Shown piece after piece: positions 48,435 to 61,992 of a DNA stretch of 64,000 bases. The notes below the pieces were generated by a model, which was given only the letters and a program-made list of their open reading frames with translations, was not told where the DNA came from and searched no databases. The position numbers and the translations under genes were made by a program. Source of the DNA: Azolla caroliniana. Lineage: Eukaryota; Plantae; Polypodiophyta. The stretch spans positions 29,078,001 through 29,142,000 of the forward strand of contig JBHGNT010000001.1 in the NCBI GenBank assembly GCA_043228905.1, given 5' to 3'. Positions within the stretch are counted from its first letter, which is position 1. Each line of letters opens with the position of its first letter.

Positions 48435-51400
48435 TCAATCAGTCACATACTCTTCACTTTGTGGAAATACAGCATATGAACTATATTCCCGATGAATATG
48501 CCTTTCACCAACTGAATCTCCATGTAGATGTTCCCATTCCACTATTTTGCCATCCCAGGAAGAACTTACAAGCTTGGGATAGATAGGATGCCAGCTACAA
48601 TCACGAACCGTTGACCTATGAAATCCAGCCAATTTTCCAACACATTCTCCAGTCACCTGAAGATGTTGGCTCTCTCTCTCTCTCTCTCTCTCTCTCTAAA
48701 CCCTAAAACCTAAACCACTTTTTTATTACCCATCCACCACGCTTCAAATATTACTAATGGCAGTAAACTGCGAGAATTTTCTGCCAAACAACCTTATCAA
48801 TTGAACTACATTCTTTTAGTTTTTTTCTTGTTTCTTCAATGATTCCCACATCGGTTAGAGATTGAGATAGGCAGATAAACAGACAATCTACAGAAGAACA
48901 GAGCTGTCAATTGGGCCACTAGGATGTGAAATTGGAGGAACACTATGTTCGCCATTTTACAGTTTTTATGAAGAAAGATACCATTATGTCTTCAAAGAAG
49001 GTTTTGACCCACCAAGGATGTTTGGTATGTTTTCACTAGACAGACAATAATACTGCTTGGGGCAGTTCTTGGTAAGTCACTTATTACCAACAATCTAACC
49101 ACAACAGCACATCCACAGGGAACCATCACACTTTCTTTAGCTCGACTCATGCCACTAGTCGCTTTCACTCCATCTAAGCTTAGAATGCCTAAGTCCTTAG
49201 GTTACAAGATTCTCTATTATTTTCGGCAGTTCTACTAATTTAGTTATATTAATTTTGGTTTGTTCTCAAAGATGAGACAATATTTTAAGATGTAATATCC
49301 CATTTAGTGTCATAGGTCATTTTGGCCTCATAAAAAACATTAATATTCCTTTCTTTCTCTTCTCCCTGTACAACATTTTAAGGATATAATCTCTTGTTCG
49401 GTCTCCTATCCTTGCCTCTAGGGAGACATCACTATACTCTCTTTTTTCCATTAGTGCATTCTCGGCCAAGACACACAAAAGGGGTTACAATAGGCAATAG
49501 CAATGTGTTGCACATGTAGACCATGACCATTTGGACCACAGCCTCGTCATCTTTATCACAGAGGCAAATAAAGGCCATTATCACCAAGCACCGACGGTGA
49601 TTCATTGCTTCAGAAATCTCATCATCTTGGATCGGCCAGTGTAAGCATCGAATCTTATGTTCTTAGATATATTGGTTCTTTAATATCACATCTTAAATGT
49701 ATTTATTTTGGGTTGCTGTTCTCAAAGACAAGAAACATTGTAAGATGTGACCTCTTGTTTGGCCTTATCGGCCATTTTGGCCTCTTAAAAGATGTTAATT
49801 GAGTTGCTTTCTTTTTTTCTTCTATACAGGTATCCAAAAGAGATGTATTCAAATAAAAAGATGATTATGCTCCATCTGATTTCGGCGAATAAAGAATGAT
49901 ACAAAATTGGATGATGTCACAGGTCAGAACTACACCAAAAAACCCAAACCCTAATTTCTTGGATGGACTTAGTAGCAACACGGACCTAATACTACCAAGA
50001 TATAAAAGCCTTCCGACATTAGTAAATTAAACTTCTATAGAATTAGGTTACATCTCATTCTGTCGATCTTCCAAGATAATTAACAATAAAATAGTAGACC
50101 ATTAAAGTTATCCTTACCAGATCATATATGTGCACAGAGCCTTCAACCGATCCAGAGTATATATACTTTTGCCCAGTCCTGAGAAACAATGTTAAACAAA
50201 AGAAAACCATGTTATAGAGTTCATTATATACTGAGAATACAAGAGGTGAACTCATGCAATATTTTTTGAAAAAGGATAACAACCTTCTCATAGGATATAA
50301 AGAAAAGGAAACAAAGGGATTCCTGCATTAAAATCCAGAAATTGCAACACAACATATAAACTTACGTTAATATGGGGGAGAAATAGCAACGAATGAGTGT
50401 CCGCAAAACTCTATGACCTTTGTACGTCATAAGTGACTGATCATTAGGGTGCTTGATATCTAAACCAACTCCAGGGTAATCCATCCACCTATAATCCCAA
50501 TCATATGATGGTATATTCTTTATTTTCAACTTGCTGCAAGCCAAGAGAAACATAAAGATCATTGAAATCAGATGATTGGACATTCAAAAAAAATTAAATC
50601 ACTTCAGAGAGAGACAAAGTGGAATATCAACATATCCAATGTTTGAAATAACCAATATCAAACATAAGCTAGAGATAGAGATAGGCAGATATGCAAACAA
50701 TCTACAGAAGAACAGATTTGCTAATTGTGCCATCAGGATGTGGAATTTTACTGTTTGTTATGAAATAAGAGGGAGATAATGGCTATGCAGATTTATGTCT
50801 CTCCATCTTGTATTTCCACTTTCTCAAAACTTTGAATCTATACATTGGTTTGCTTTGCCACATCTTGATTTCCCACTATTGTTAGTCCTATCATTTTGCT
50901 TTCTTTTGCAAAGTGTTAACCTCATATTTATATTGCACAACCTGAAATGCTATACTTCATAAATAATCTTAATATTTTTAAATTATTTAGTATTTATATT
51001 TGTGCATTAAATATTTTTATGAGAATTTTTACACTCTGTTCATGAGGTTATGAATCCCATTTCATAAGTATGAGATATGTTTCATACCCCTATTTCAAAA
51101 GTATGTTGCAGAGTCATGTAAGAAGAATAATTCAACAACAGGTATACCTTACTGGGGTTGTGGTTGACATAGTGCGGATGTCCCATAATTTAATTGTCTG
51201 GTCTTTGCCATTTGAGATAAAATATCTACCATCCCCACGACTATCAATAAATGCTATGCCCTCTAGGTGCCCCCAAAGAATCCCTGCTGGACGGCTATTT
51301 GACATCAAGCATCTCCTATCCCAAACCTACAGGAACAAGATTTTAAAAGTAAAAAACACAAAACAAGTATACCAAATCTCGAGATCAAACACCTAGGCAA

Positions 51401-54400
51401 ACCTACTTTGCATGTGTGATCATCGCTCCCTGAGAATATTAGGTGACATGTTTCATCTGCATATGTGACAGTATTTACATCATCCTGTTCACAGTCAAAC
51501 ATTATTATCTAGGACTGAATGCGTTCTGATGTTCATTATAATGAAACTTAAATATATATATTCCATCCATAAGAAAACTTTCAAAAATAGGCATCTACAT
51601 ACTAGATGTGCTCGTAAGCGTAATATCGTTCTGTTGGCCTCCAGGTCATACACATATATGGATCTCTGGTTACTTCCGGCTACAATTTCTCGCCCATCTT
51701 TGGAGAATTGAACTGAATATAAACCCAACGAATATTTCTCAGATGGTTCAATGGAGAAATCCAGACCTTCATGAATGTCCTGTATATATTACTTAATAGC
51801 TGAGTCCACAGAAAAGAAATCCAATGTATGCATTTGCATATTGGGACCACGAGAGACAAGGTTACAAGCACTGAAGTATGAAATTTTAACTTTGGACTGG
51901 TTCAGGGCACTCCCATTTCTCTTCAAGCCACATTTCCACAATCTCCTAGGAAGTTCTCTCAAAATATGAAATTGTCCATGATCACCAAACCGTTTTTTTT
52001 TCTTTTTTAACAGCATTTTCACATTTTCTACAATCGCCTCTAATTTATAGCCAAGAGTATAGTTAATACTTGTTAATACCCTGGCATTTGGATCATCTGC
52101 CAGTTTCTGTTAGTATTTTTAATCTTAACAGATCCCTTCTAAAAAAACTCTCAATCTCCCAACCCGATTCTACGCCTGACATAAATTTGGCAGCTGTAAG
52201 ATTAATTCTAGAATTACACATCTCTAGAAGCTACGCTTGCCTATGAAACATAAATATATTGATCTTTAATAGTCTCGATAAAGTTAAGAAAAGAGGACCG
52301 TGATATTTGCAAGCGACTCAACTCCGCTTTCATTTCCAATATTCACTAAATAAACCATCGGCGAAATTGATGCATAAATCTGCACATAAAGAATAAACAA
52401 ACATTATGGATACATTAAATGCTTCAAAGCTTTGAATTGTTCAAGTTTCCAATCAAACACTTATCTTGTGACAAAAGAAATATCAGGATCAAAATTCTGT
52501 AAAATAATGCAAGCATTCTTTAAATCTAAATATGGAACCCATTCAATACTAAAAAGTAGTTTTCATCTTCACTTTCATTTCCAAACCTTTACGTGAAACT
52601 CCCTAAATAGCCTAGTTAAATATGGTCAAAACAGTTACCTAGTTAAATACCACGCAAATTAAAAGCCCTATAAATAGTATGTTCACCCCCAACTGGCCAG
52701 AGCAGTGAGATGGCACAAACTTAAAGGACAGGCACTAGGGTCTTATCATTATTCCACGCAGTGTACAAGCAAACATCCCAGCCAAATTGGATGACGGCTA
52801 AGATGATTCACAACAACTAGCACCATTTCTCTTTGTCATGAATGTTGCCAATGCCAACTAGGAGTCAACCCCAATATGCATACCTTCACAAGACTAAAAC
52901 CATCAGTCCACAGCATGAAGACATCCTCCTCGTCCCATCGACCTTTCCATATTAGATGAACCCATGATGGATAATTTTATGAGGCAGCAATTTCAGTTCC
53001 AATGATCAGCATCAAACCTGATTGTGGATTATTCATGATTCATGATTATATTTCAAGCCAATTAGTTATTAGGAAGCAGCATCATAGAAAGATATTTTCT
53101 CTTGTTTCAGTTTCAGCCATCAGGCATCAAACTTGCTTGTGGATTATTCATGATTCAGAATTGAATTTCAAATTATTTGGTCACTAGAAAGCTCGCAACA
53201 AAATGAAAACATAAAATTTAATCTGTAATATTTTTCAAGCAACACATTCAAAACTATTGTAATGGTTTCCCCTGGCAAAACATTAGGTAAGACACCCAAA
53301 ATATAAACAATAATTGGTCTCCTCACTCATATCAAGCCACAAACAAATAATGTTATTTTGCCAAGATATCCAGATGTTGTGCAACCAAAAACTCCCCATC
53401 ACCCATTTGGGATGTGATCCATTCAATAGAATTATGTGACTAATCCAAATGAGAATCCCCACATATTTAAGGCATTAAATAACTGTCTGTGGTGGCATTG
53501 AATGTTCAAAGGACATATTTCTCCATTTCATGAGTCTACATGAAGAGACATCTTATGTAATACAATATTGAACTATTCTCGCATTTGTGTCTCTCATAAT
53601 CTTGTATTCTTATTCTTCTCATTACATCATATATGAATGGAACTAGCCCTAATAAGGAGGCCTCGGTGAGTTCATATCAGCTTCTTAAATGGCATACAAC
53701 CACTGGAGTTTCTTTCCAATGTGTCCGTACCCACAGGCTGTATGACTTCTCCTCGACGTGTGGGAATCAATAGGGAGTTCTCAAGCGCTTCCACCAATAG
53801 TCCCTGAAAGCAATGACAGATCGATCCTGGATTCAGTGGTCTGATCCTGATCTGCCACAATAAGTTTCTAACATTTAAAGTTCTCTAAACCAGCACCATT
53901 ATGAAAAGATCTGCACAATTTTTCACACTTGACAATATTCTGGAGTCCATGGAACAACCATATAGTCCCATATGTGATGAGTTCCCTCACGTAGTAATTT
54001 TGAAATCTGTGTGTGTGTCCCCCATGGAGCACTGTATTCAGATGATTGTTGCTCAGTTAAAGCAATCTATTACCAGATAGTGATATTGATACATAAAGTA
54101 TGTGAAGATATAGATGGGCCTTTCAATGCCAAAATCACACAATTTTTGTTTGGGTTTCTGGCCAGAGATTGATATTCAAACATATTGTCATCCTTTGCAT
54201 CATATACATACTTTTGTCAGCGTCACATTTCATAACCATGAAGTGGTTGTCACCTTTCACTCTGTCATTTCATTGAGAGATGAAGATCTCCTCATGGTTT
54301 TCATATACATAAAGTGTAATTCACAATCTGTCCCCAACCATTTCTCCTTCATGTAGAGATTTTCATCGGATTAATTCTTCTATTATCCACAATCTGCAGA

Positions 54401-56399
54401 GACCCGGGCAATATGCTAATTCCACCCTCTCATGTGTGTTTTCCGTGCCATAAGACACCTTCTGAAACTGATAATTTTTGTTCTTTTTCAAACAAGGTTG
54501 AATAATACACTGACACTATAGCCACATCTTCAATGAGCTCCCACACAAATACCTCATCCTTAAGGTGTCCACTCAAGAACAAAAATTTTATATCCATCAG
54601 ATATAATGGTTAGTTCCTAACCACGTTTCCATTAAAACGGAGATGCTTCGTAGGCAAGTTGTTAAGATATAAATCTCCTGAAACTATTTTAAAGAAAAAA
54701 GATCCATCCACTTTATTCTAAATTAACAGAAACATGTCCATGTAAAATACTTTTTTTACTACTTTTATATGCATATACTCATTATTCCTCACAATCATAA
54801 TGAAATAGATATGCATAACACAGTACAGTTATCATGACAGTGCATTCAATAAAATTCTATGTAGAAGCTCTTCAAGAATATTACAGATAAAGCTGCAAAA
54901 GTCTATTGTGAACAATTGTTACTCAACCACAGGGCACAGATCTATACATGGTAGGAATACTCCTTCCTATTCATGGGAGTATCACAACGAGAGAAAAATA
55001 CATTTAGCACTAAGTACGCCTATAAATTCACAAAGAATGATAGTGTTCTACATTGGGTGACTTTGTAAACCTATATAAGAGTATTATAAATACTCACAAG
55101 AAAGCGCTGATCATGGGATAACGCAGTATCAGTGACAGTCCAACGCAATTGGCGAGCAATTATATCTTTCTTGAGACTCCATCCCTGGTCAACATTATAG
55201 ATGCGTATATGTCGTTCCTAAAAACAATAAGCCAATTATTGGAAATCAGGAATTCATCGTCCCTTATAGAATGGTGTAAACAGACATTGTTCATATCTTT
55301 CAAAACAAGAACAAACAAGTATTGCTAATATTTCTTTACCGAGACAATGAAAAGTCTTGATAAATTTGTTTACCTTGATATCACACAATTTGCAAGCTTG
55401 TTTAACACAACAAACACAATTTACCATAACAAGCACAAATCTTCTATTTTTTTTAAATAATAATGACAAGTCTTGCAAGCATGTTTTACTCTTGTAAAAA
55501 TCACAAGTTGTGCACATTTGTTCTTTACCATAGCAATAGAAAATCTTGCAAGTTGTTCTTTACCAAAATAAAATCACAATTCTTGCAAGTTTTCTTACCC
55601 TAACAATTACAAGTCTCAAAAGTCTGTTTTACCATAACAATAAAAATTTTGTTGAATCACTAACCTGAAACCCACCGACAAAAAGTGATCCATCTGATGA
55701 GAATTGTCCAACATAAACCCTACAATTCATCTGATCAATAATCTTGGGGCTATCAGTTGGCAAATATCTGGCGGCCATGTGGCAACATTCAGCTCTAGAC
55801 CATCTTCCAATCTTTGATACATTCATTTCCCTTCCGTGGATCATCTTTACACTATGGATCATCCCATTCTTCGCAAAAATAGAATAGCTCGGAACTGGAA
55901 GTGACCATGATTTTGTCAAATGAGCAATTGAATGATTTAGAGGAGTGGCTTTTTGATCCATCATTTGATATCTTTTTATATTTGCATTGGACTTGATTTC
56001 CTTCTTTCCTACATCCGTACTGCTAGCTTGCATGTGTTCATGATCCGAATCTTCATTCCAAGTGTCATCGTCATAACCTTCTTCGTCGTCATCTTCTTCT
56101 TCCTCCTCTTCTTCATCTTCGCCTTCTTCATCATCATCGTTGCTCTGGTGATTAGTGACGGAATCATTCAGCTCCGAAGGATTATTTCGTGAGATTCTTT
56201 CAAGCGTTCTCTCTTCTTCTTCTTCTTCTTCTTCTTCTTCTTCTTCTTTTCCTTCTCCTTCTTCTTCAATCCCTAAGATTCTCCTCTGACGGAGAGCACG
56301 GCGCGCAGAGCGCAGGGCTTGAAGGCAGCGACGAGTGGACAGATCACTGGTCCCTCCTCCTTCATCTTCTTCTTCCGGTGGGGAGGGCAAGGGCAACAT
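48435..56399 (-). CDS. LEC14B: LEC14B/DCAF11-like WD40 protein (putative CUL4-DDB1 substrate receptor), 9 exons
   Basis: Exons: 56399-55665, 55217-55098, 52379-52300, 51779-51603, 51484-51407, 51326-51148, 50533-50366, 50178-50118, 48656-48435. Motifs YVGQFSSDGSLFVGGFQ, SVQFSKDGREIVAGS, DDVNTVTYADET..IFSGSDD, DWDYRWMDYP, TYKGHRVLRTLIRCYFSP, TGQKYIYSGS and VRDCSWHP..SSSWDG. Confidence 0.92.
48843..49810 (+). mobile_element. Degenerate RTEX-like LINE 3' portions with repeated tails
   Basis: cccacatcggttagagattgagataggcagat (SHRLEIEIGR). Tails aggtcattttggcctc at about 49315 and ggccattttggcctcttaaaagatgttaat at about 49770. Confidence 0.7.
50660..50785 (+). mobile_element. Short RTEX-like fragment (HKLEIEIGRY)
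   Basis: cataagctagagatagagataggcagatatgc...tatgaaataagagggagat is homologous to 19175-19310. Confidence 0.6.
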
Positions 56400-59300
56400 T
56401 TCAGAGCTCGACTCAGTGCTATGTATGTATGTATGTATGTATGTATGTATGTATGTGTCACGACTACGAAAGAAATTAACAAACACAGTTAAAGTTGGTA
56501 TGAAGTAGAAGAAATGTACCATTGGGAAGAACACAAGAAGAAAAGGAGGGCCGCCGGAAAGCTTACCCTCTCTATAGTGGGGGTCAATTCAATAATAATA
56601 ACAACAATTCCTTAGGGCCTACTCCCATTGAGATTTATTGTGTGATCAAGGATTAATAACAAAAAGTATATGATTAAGTTCAATGTTTTGGGAATGGTTT
56701 TGAGAGGGTGAGAACATTACATATCTACAAAAAGGGCCTTTTTTCCATACAAATCGTGCCATGAACTAATCTCTATGCTTCCTCACGATTGCTCAAAATG
56801 CAGATTTGATTAGGCCTAGGCATTCACTCGAGGTTGTAGGCTTGGAATGCTACTATAGAATTCTCATCCCTGCCCACGTCTCCATATAGTACGTGCCATA
56901 AACTAATTTATGCATTTCCTTGCTAGTGCTCAAATTCCACATTTTATTTCCTTGGCTTTCTTATAAGTTATGGAGCAAGCAAAAAAAGTAACGTCTAAAG
57001 TTTAGCCCCTTTTGCACGACATGCAACTCATGTTCATTGGTATTGTTAAAACAACGTACACATTATCTTTTGGATTCCTTAGTAATGAACTTTTTCACAA
57101 CGATTGACATCATGAAATGCTCGTGTAGCTTACTTTTTTGGACATGAAGGATTAATAATGATATCTATCATGGTCGTGTGATGACTCACATAGCTTAGAC
57201 AAAAAGTGTGGTCTAATTACATGAATAAGTCCAAATATATTAATAGAATATAATAGACATACCTAAATTTATGGACCTTACGGTCCAATAAATTGAAGAA
57301 CTAACAAGAGTATCATGTTTATATGGTAAAGGATTCAATGGCTCATATCCGCAAGGTACAACTTTTATGCATAGGCTTAGGTGTCTCTTAATACTAATAT
57401 AGTATTTATTTATTTTTGAAAAAGAAAACGAAAAAACTATGTGAGAAGAACATTCTACTTATCAATAGATATCCAATGAAATAAGGCAAAATGTTCGCAT
57501 GGCTTCTTGCCTTTTTTATTTATTGGATATGAGCTATTAATAACGGCACCTTATGAAACATATGTTGTCTCTCAACCTACCTGCATGGAAAGTTAGCATG
57601 ACTTGCCCTTAATAATCGTAAAGCAATGAATAAGTAATATTAGAGGGATTTTGCTATGAAAAATGGCAATATTGAGACAAATACTAGGTCAATTTAGGCT
57701 TATGTTGAGGTAAACATTACAAGATAAAACTTTTCATTGCACCGTCATTTGAGACTAGTTGGCGTTGTGATTGATCAACACTCAATGGAATTATTGAATT
57801 CACCGAGGAATTCTCATTATCAATATTATGTTCATGCGTCCAAGGATAAATGGAAGAGACTGCTTCCTACAAAAAGAAATCATTACAATACAAACTTCCT
57901 AGGCATTAGTAAAACAAAGAGAAACTTTTGTAATGACAGGTAATGAAGCAATTAGTGAGTTTGATCCGTTGATGTGAGGGGAGTAAAGGAATAAGTAAAC
58001 AATTGATAGATAATTGCTTGGACATTAGAAAAGGAAAGGGAAAATAAAGACAATTGTGTCGCCTAGTTTTACTACCCATTGGTCTGGCCCAAACACATTG
58101 TGTAGGTTATATGGGTCATGTCTCGTTCATTTGAGAGAAAAATACTAACACCTTGCTAAAAAAGTGTGGTGGTTCCTAGGATCTCATACAAAAAGATATT
58201 ACGTGTGTGCGGGCGTAGAAGGTTTGACGAAGAAGCAAAGTTCTATGTCTCAGTATGCTCACCCCTACATATATGTACAATATTATTCTAGGATACATCC
58301 ATCTCTCTATTTGTAGTTTTTTATAATTTGGGAGTTCTCTTTCTTTGTCCATCCCTCGGATTTACAATTTGTTTTGTATGACTCCATTGTTTCGAATCAT
58401 TTTTAATTGGTATGCTTGCTATACATGTCATGACATTGAGTGGCAACACACCTATGTTGTCTCTTTTCTATTAATTTAGTCTCATTGGCAATGTAAATCT
58501 TTTTTGGGTTGAGGTTTCCCACACATAGGAGTAGACGTAATTGATGTCATTGAATCGTGAAAAATAGGATTTATTGTGCATTTCAATCTTTAAATATATT
58601 TTTAGTTGACTTTAGAGATTTTTGTTTTCAATGCCTTTTTGCTTTGCATACATGCTACCTATAGTTGTATGTATGTATACATGCTAGATGTTTGTATCAT
58701 CAATGTCATAGAAATGCCACTAGTTCATCCCAACAACCTATTTTCTTTACTTTATCAGAAATAGCAATGAAAAAATACCATGTCACTTTTCTAGTCGACT
58801 ATGATATGCCTCTCCATTTAGTCAACATTATGATTCATCTAAATAGTAATATTCCCTCGTTGCAAAAAGTTTCGTGGATTGAATCGATGCAACCTTCTAG
58901 TTCTATTTATGGTTTTGATTCGACTGCATTGCCTGCACATTGTATGGGTGTATTGGTTCTCTTAATCATTGATTCAATATCCTCTCATCAATGATTGGCT
59001 CTTTACATGTAATTTATTCTCCTAATAACCCTCCATCATTATTATGATTGCATTTGTTATATCATAGCAAGGCCACATATATGATATATCTATGATAATC
59101 CTCTCTGAAGAAGATATTTTCAACAAGGTCAATTATAATTCTCGCTTTTATGGAAACACAACCACACATAACATACATGTTCAGTGCATAATTAGAATGC
59201 ATATTGGGGAATTAGAATGGTTATATTTCCCACAAGCATTGGGGATTATTATAGGCTATAGCTATGCGATTATCGCACATGGTTGAAAAATAAATCTTAT

Positions 59301-60645
59301 GCATATTGCAAACATTCACATTTAAGGGGCTCATGAAATGGGTGGCATATAGGTTTACAAGTAACTCCTTCATATGTCCAAAGTATGGGTGGGTTGCCTC
59401 TAAAGTCAATTATTGAACAAAGAGAAGTGAGAATACAATACAATGCGTGTTTATACTCGTGCATTATCACACACCGTCACTTTTGTGTTGTAAACTTTCA
59501 CCCGATGCTTATGCTTTGACATATTCTATCCATAGTAGACTTCAACATTCACTATAACATATTGGACTTTAGCATGCTCGACAGTCAAAGCCCCTAAGGT
59601 TTTCATCCAAGTTCCTTTTATGACATGGATTTTCTAGGCAATCTAACCACTACAAATGAACACATTAGTATTCCTTGCAAGTTTGATGTGTTTCCTCGTA
59701 TTTCTAACATAGTGAGATCATGAGAACATATTGTACACAATATTTGTAAGAAAGCGTATTGATATTGCTACAATACAATAAACATACATATTTATATATC
59801 AAATAGAATGGAAAACTTCAACGAAAGCGTACAAAGTTCGTTCTCGTAAAAGTATGCCTGATGGAGTATTGAGCTAGCTTTGAAAATGATAGTGATGGTG
59901 TAGAAAATGTTGATGGAGTCTATTAATGTGACAAAGTTCCCATCATGAAGCGACCAAAACAATAAAGATAAATTGAAAAGTTGATGTGATTGCACATTAG
60001 TAATATTAAAACACAACACTAAAATATGATTGAATCCTAACCTTTCTATACTCTATTAATGTTGTGAGGCTTGTTGAAATTAAAATCAAATTCCACTACG
60101 CCAAATTTTCTTTGAACCACTAAAATACCCATAAGTTTTTTAGGAACTATTCCAATACCCCTGCTTTTTTATTAGCTGTAGTTTCAACTCAAGCTTTACA
60201 ATTCATATAATTATGACCAACAACACAATTACAAACACCATACATGCCATGCAAACATGTATAATATTTATGATCACATCGAAAAACACACGTATATCAC
60301 TATTAGCATAATAGGAATCAAATTATGTTTTGAAAGGGAGTTATATGTGGAGGGAATAGAAGTAGGAAGCACAAGTTGAAAGGGTGAAAGCATGAAGTGG
60401 TGCACACAATAGACAATGTATCACATGGATCGGTCATATCATTAGTTTGTAAAAAGCCGATGGATATACGATTTGCAACTTGAAAAGAAGAAGTGAAGCA
60501 AGCAAAGAAATATATATATGTACACAACCAAAATTGGTGTGTTGATATCATTGTTATGCGGCAACGCAACTATGATGTGCCGAAGAGAGAGCTCAAAAGG
60601 CTGGGGGCTAAGCATGAGTTTGTTTGTTGTGAAGAGTTTGTTTGT

Positions 60646-61992
60646 CTAGTATTCTAGCGGGCACCCATTGGGTTGGGAAGTCTCTCGACGTTTTGTTTCT
60701 AAGGGGGAGGAGGGTCGTTGCATGTTGTCGAGGTAGACGGAGCAAGGGAGGAGGCAGGGGCCGGTCCCGAGGCGGAATCCGGGGGACACGGGGAACGCGA
60801 CGGACGGGACGAGGGTCGGGGTGTGGGCATCGGACGCGAGCTCCAGGCCGGGCACGGCGGGCTCCATGGACGCGGCCGAGAACTCGGTTCCGGGCTCCAC
60901 CCAGAAGACGGAGGGCCGGCACGATCCCGATACCGATGCCGGGGCGAACGAGAACGAGAACGAGAGACGGTGCGAGACCCAGATGCAGTATGCCATGCGC
61001 AGGAACGCCCTGTAGAAACGCGGGCACGATGACGGCGACGGCCGCGCACGTGCCGCCGTGTCGTCTCCCGTGCCGCCGCCGCCGCCGCCGCCACTCATCA
61101 ATAACGCCCTATGGAAATCCTCCTCCTCCCCTCTGCCTACGACCGCCCCCTCCATCTCCTCCGTTACCAGCTCCCCATACTTCTTCCGGCAGAACCTGCC
61201 GAATTCGCTGTCCGCCTTCCTCACGGCCGATAGCAACCAGCTCGCCGCCGGCTCCTCCCGAGCCGCCTCCACAACCTCCCCCAACGCCGCCCTGTATTGC
61301 TGCCAACACTCCCTCCTGTGCTCCTCCGGTTCCAGCAGCGACCTCAGCCTCCCGCTCATGTAGAAATCCTCGTGCTCGTAGCCGCAGAACATCTTCTTGC
61401 ACACGTACGCCCTCACCGACAGGGACAGCTTGTGATCCTCCGCCGCCCATCGGATCGCACCAGCAGCAGCCTCACACCCCTTCGTCGTCACTACCGCCTC
61501 CAAAAATGGCATGTGATGCTGCTGCTGATGATATGTGCTGTCTCCTTTCTTCCTGGAATTGCTCCCGATCCTCGATGCCATGATCCGGGCGAAGTTCAGG
61601 GTGGATTCGACAGCTCCTGCTGCTGCTTTCTTCACCATTTCTCTCATCGCGTCTTCTCTGATATCATGTGGATCCTCTACATTTCTGCTGTGCAAATACA
61701 GATCCTCATCTTTAAACAACAGATTGTTCTCGCTGTCGTCGATGGAGTGGCTACTGCTAGTGTCCTCGGCTATGCTTCTGCTTCTGCTTTTTCTTTCAGC
61801 CGCCAATTTGCGTTCAAGGTGTCGGACCTTCTTCTCCAACATTTCGTTCCGCTTCACTACATGCCTCAATGTGACTTTTAAGCTTTGGATCTCTTCCTCT
61901 TTCCTCTTCAACATTCTGCTATCTCCTCCTCCTCCTCCCCCCTCAAAGAAACTTCTCATAATTCCCTTCTCCTTGATAATCATACAATCCAT
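60646..61992 (-). CDS. IRK-interacting / GRAVITROPIC IN THE LIGHT 1 (IRKI/GIL1)-like protein, single exon
   Basis: N-terminal coiled coil followed by AYVCKKMFCGYEHEDF, SEFGRFCRKKY, FYRAFLRMAYCIWVSHRLSFSF, FWVEPGTEFS..ME and VAFPVSPGFRLG...CSVYL, the GIL1/IRKI C-terminal signature. Confidence 0.85.
   Translation of the reverse strand: MDCMIIKEKGIMRSFFEGGGGGGDSRMLKRKEEEIQSLKVTLRHVVKRNEMLEKKVRHLERKLAAERKSRSRSIAEDTSSSHSIDDSENNLLFKDEDLYLHSRNVEDPHDIREDAMREMVKKAAAGAVESTLNFARIMASRIGSNSRKKGDSTYHQQQHHMPFLEAVVTTKGCEAAAGAIRWAAEDHKLSLSVRAYVCKKMFCGYEHEDFYMSGRLRSLLEPEEHRRECWQQYRAALGEVVEAAREEPAASWLLSAVRKADSEFGRFCRKKYGELVTEEMEGAVVGRGEEEDFHRALLMSGGGGGGGTGDDTAARARPSPSSCPRFYRAFLRMAYCIWVSHRLSFSFSFAPASVSGSCRPSVFWVEPGTEFSAASMEPAVPGLELASDAHTPTLVPSVAFPVSPGFRLGTGPCLLPCSVYLDNMQRPSSPLETKRRETSQPNGCPLEY

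Noticed and set aside
48697-48717. Telomere-like taaaccctaaaacctaaacc
   Set aside because: Too short and degenerate to call an interstitial telomere.
52700-54560. Possible decayed L1 ORF1 in a DCAF11 intron (VLEWTP, ACGYGHIGK)
   Set aside because: Motif traces are too weak to support without a search.
56600-60550. AT-rich spacer with short ORFs and a small duplication at about 56755/56893
   Set aside because: No TIR, TSD or protein motif that I could identify.
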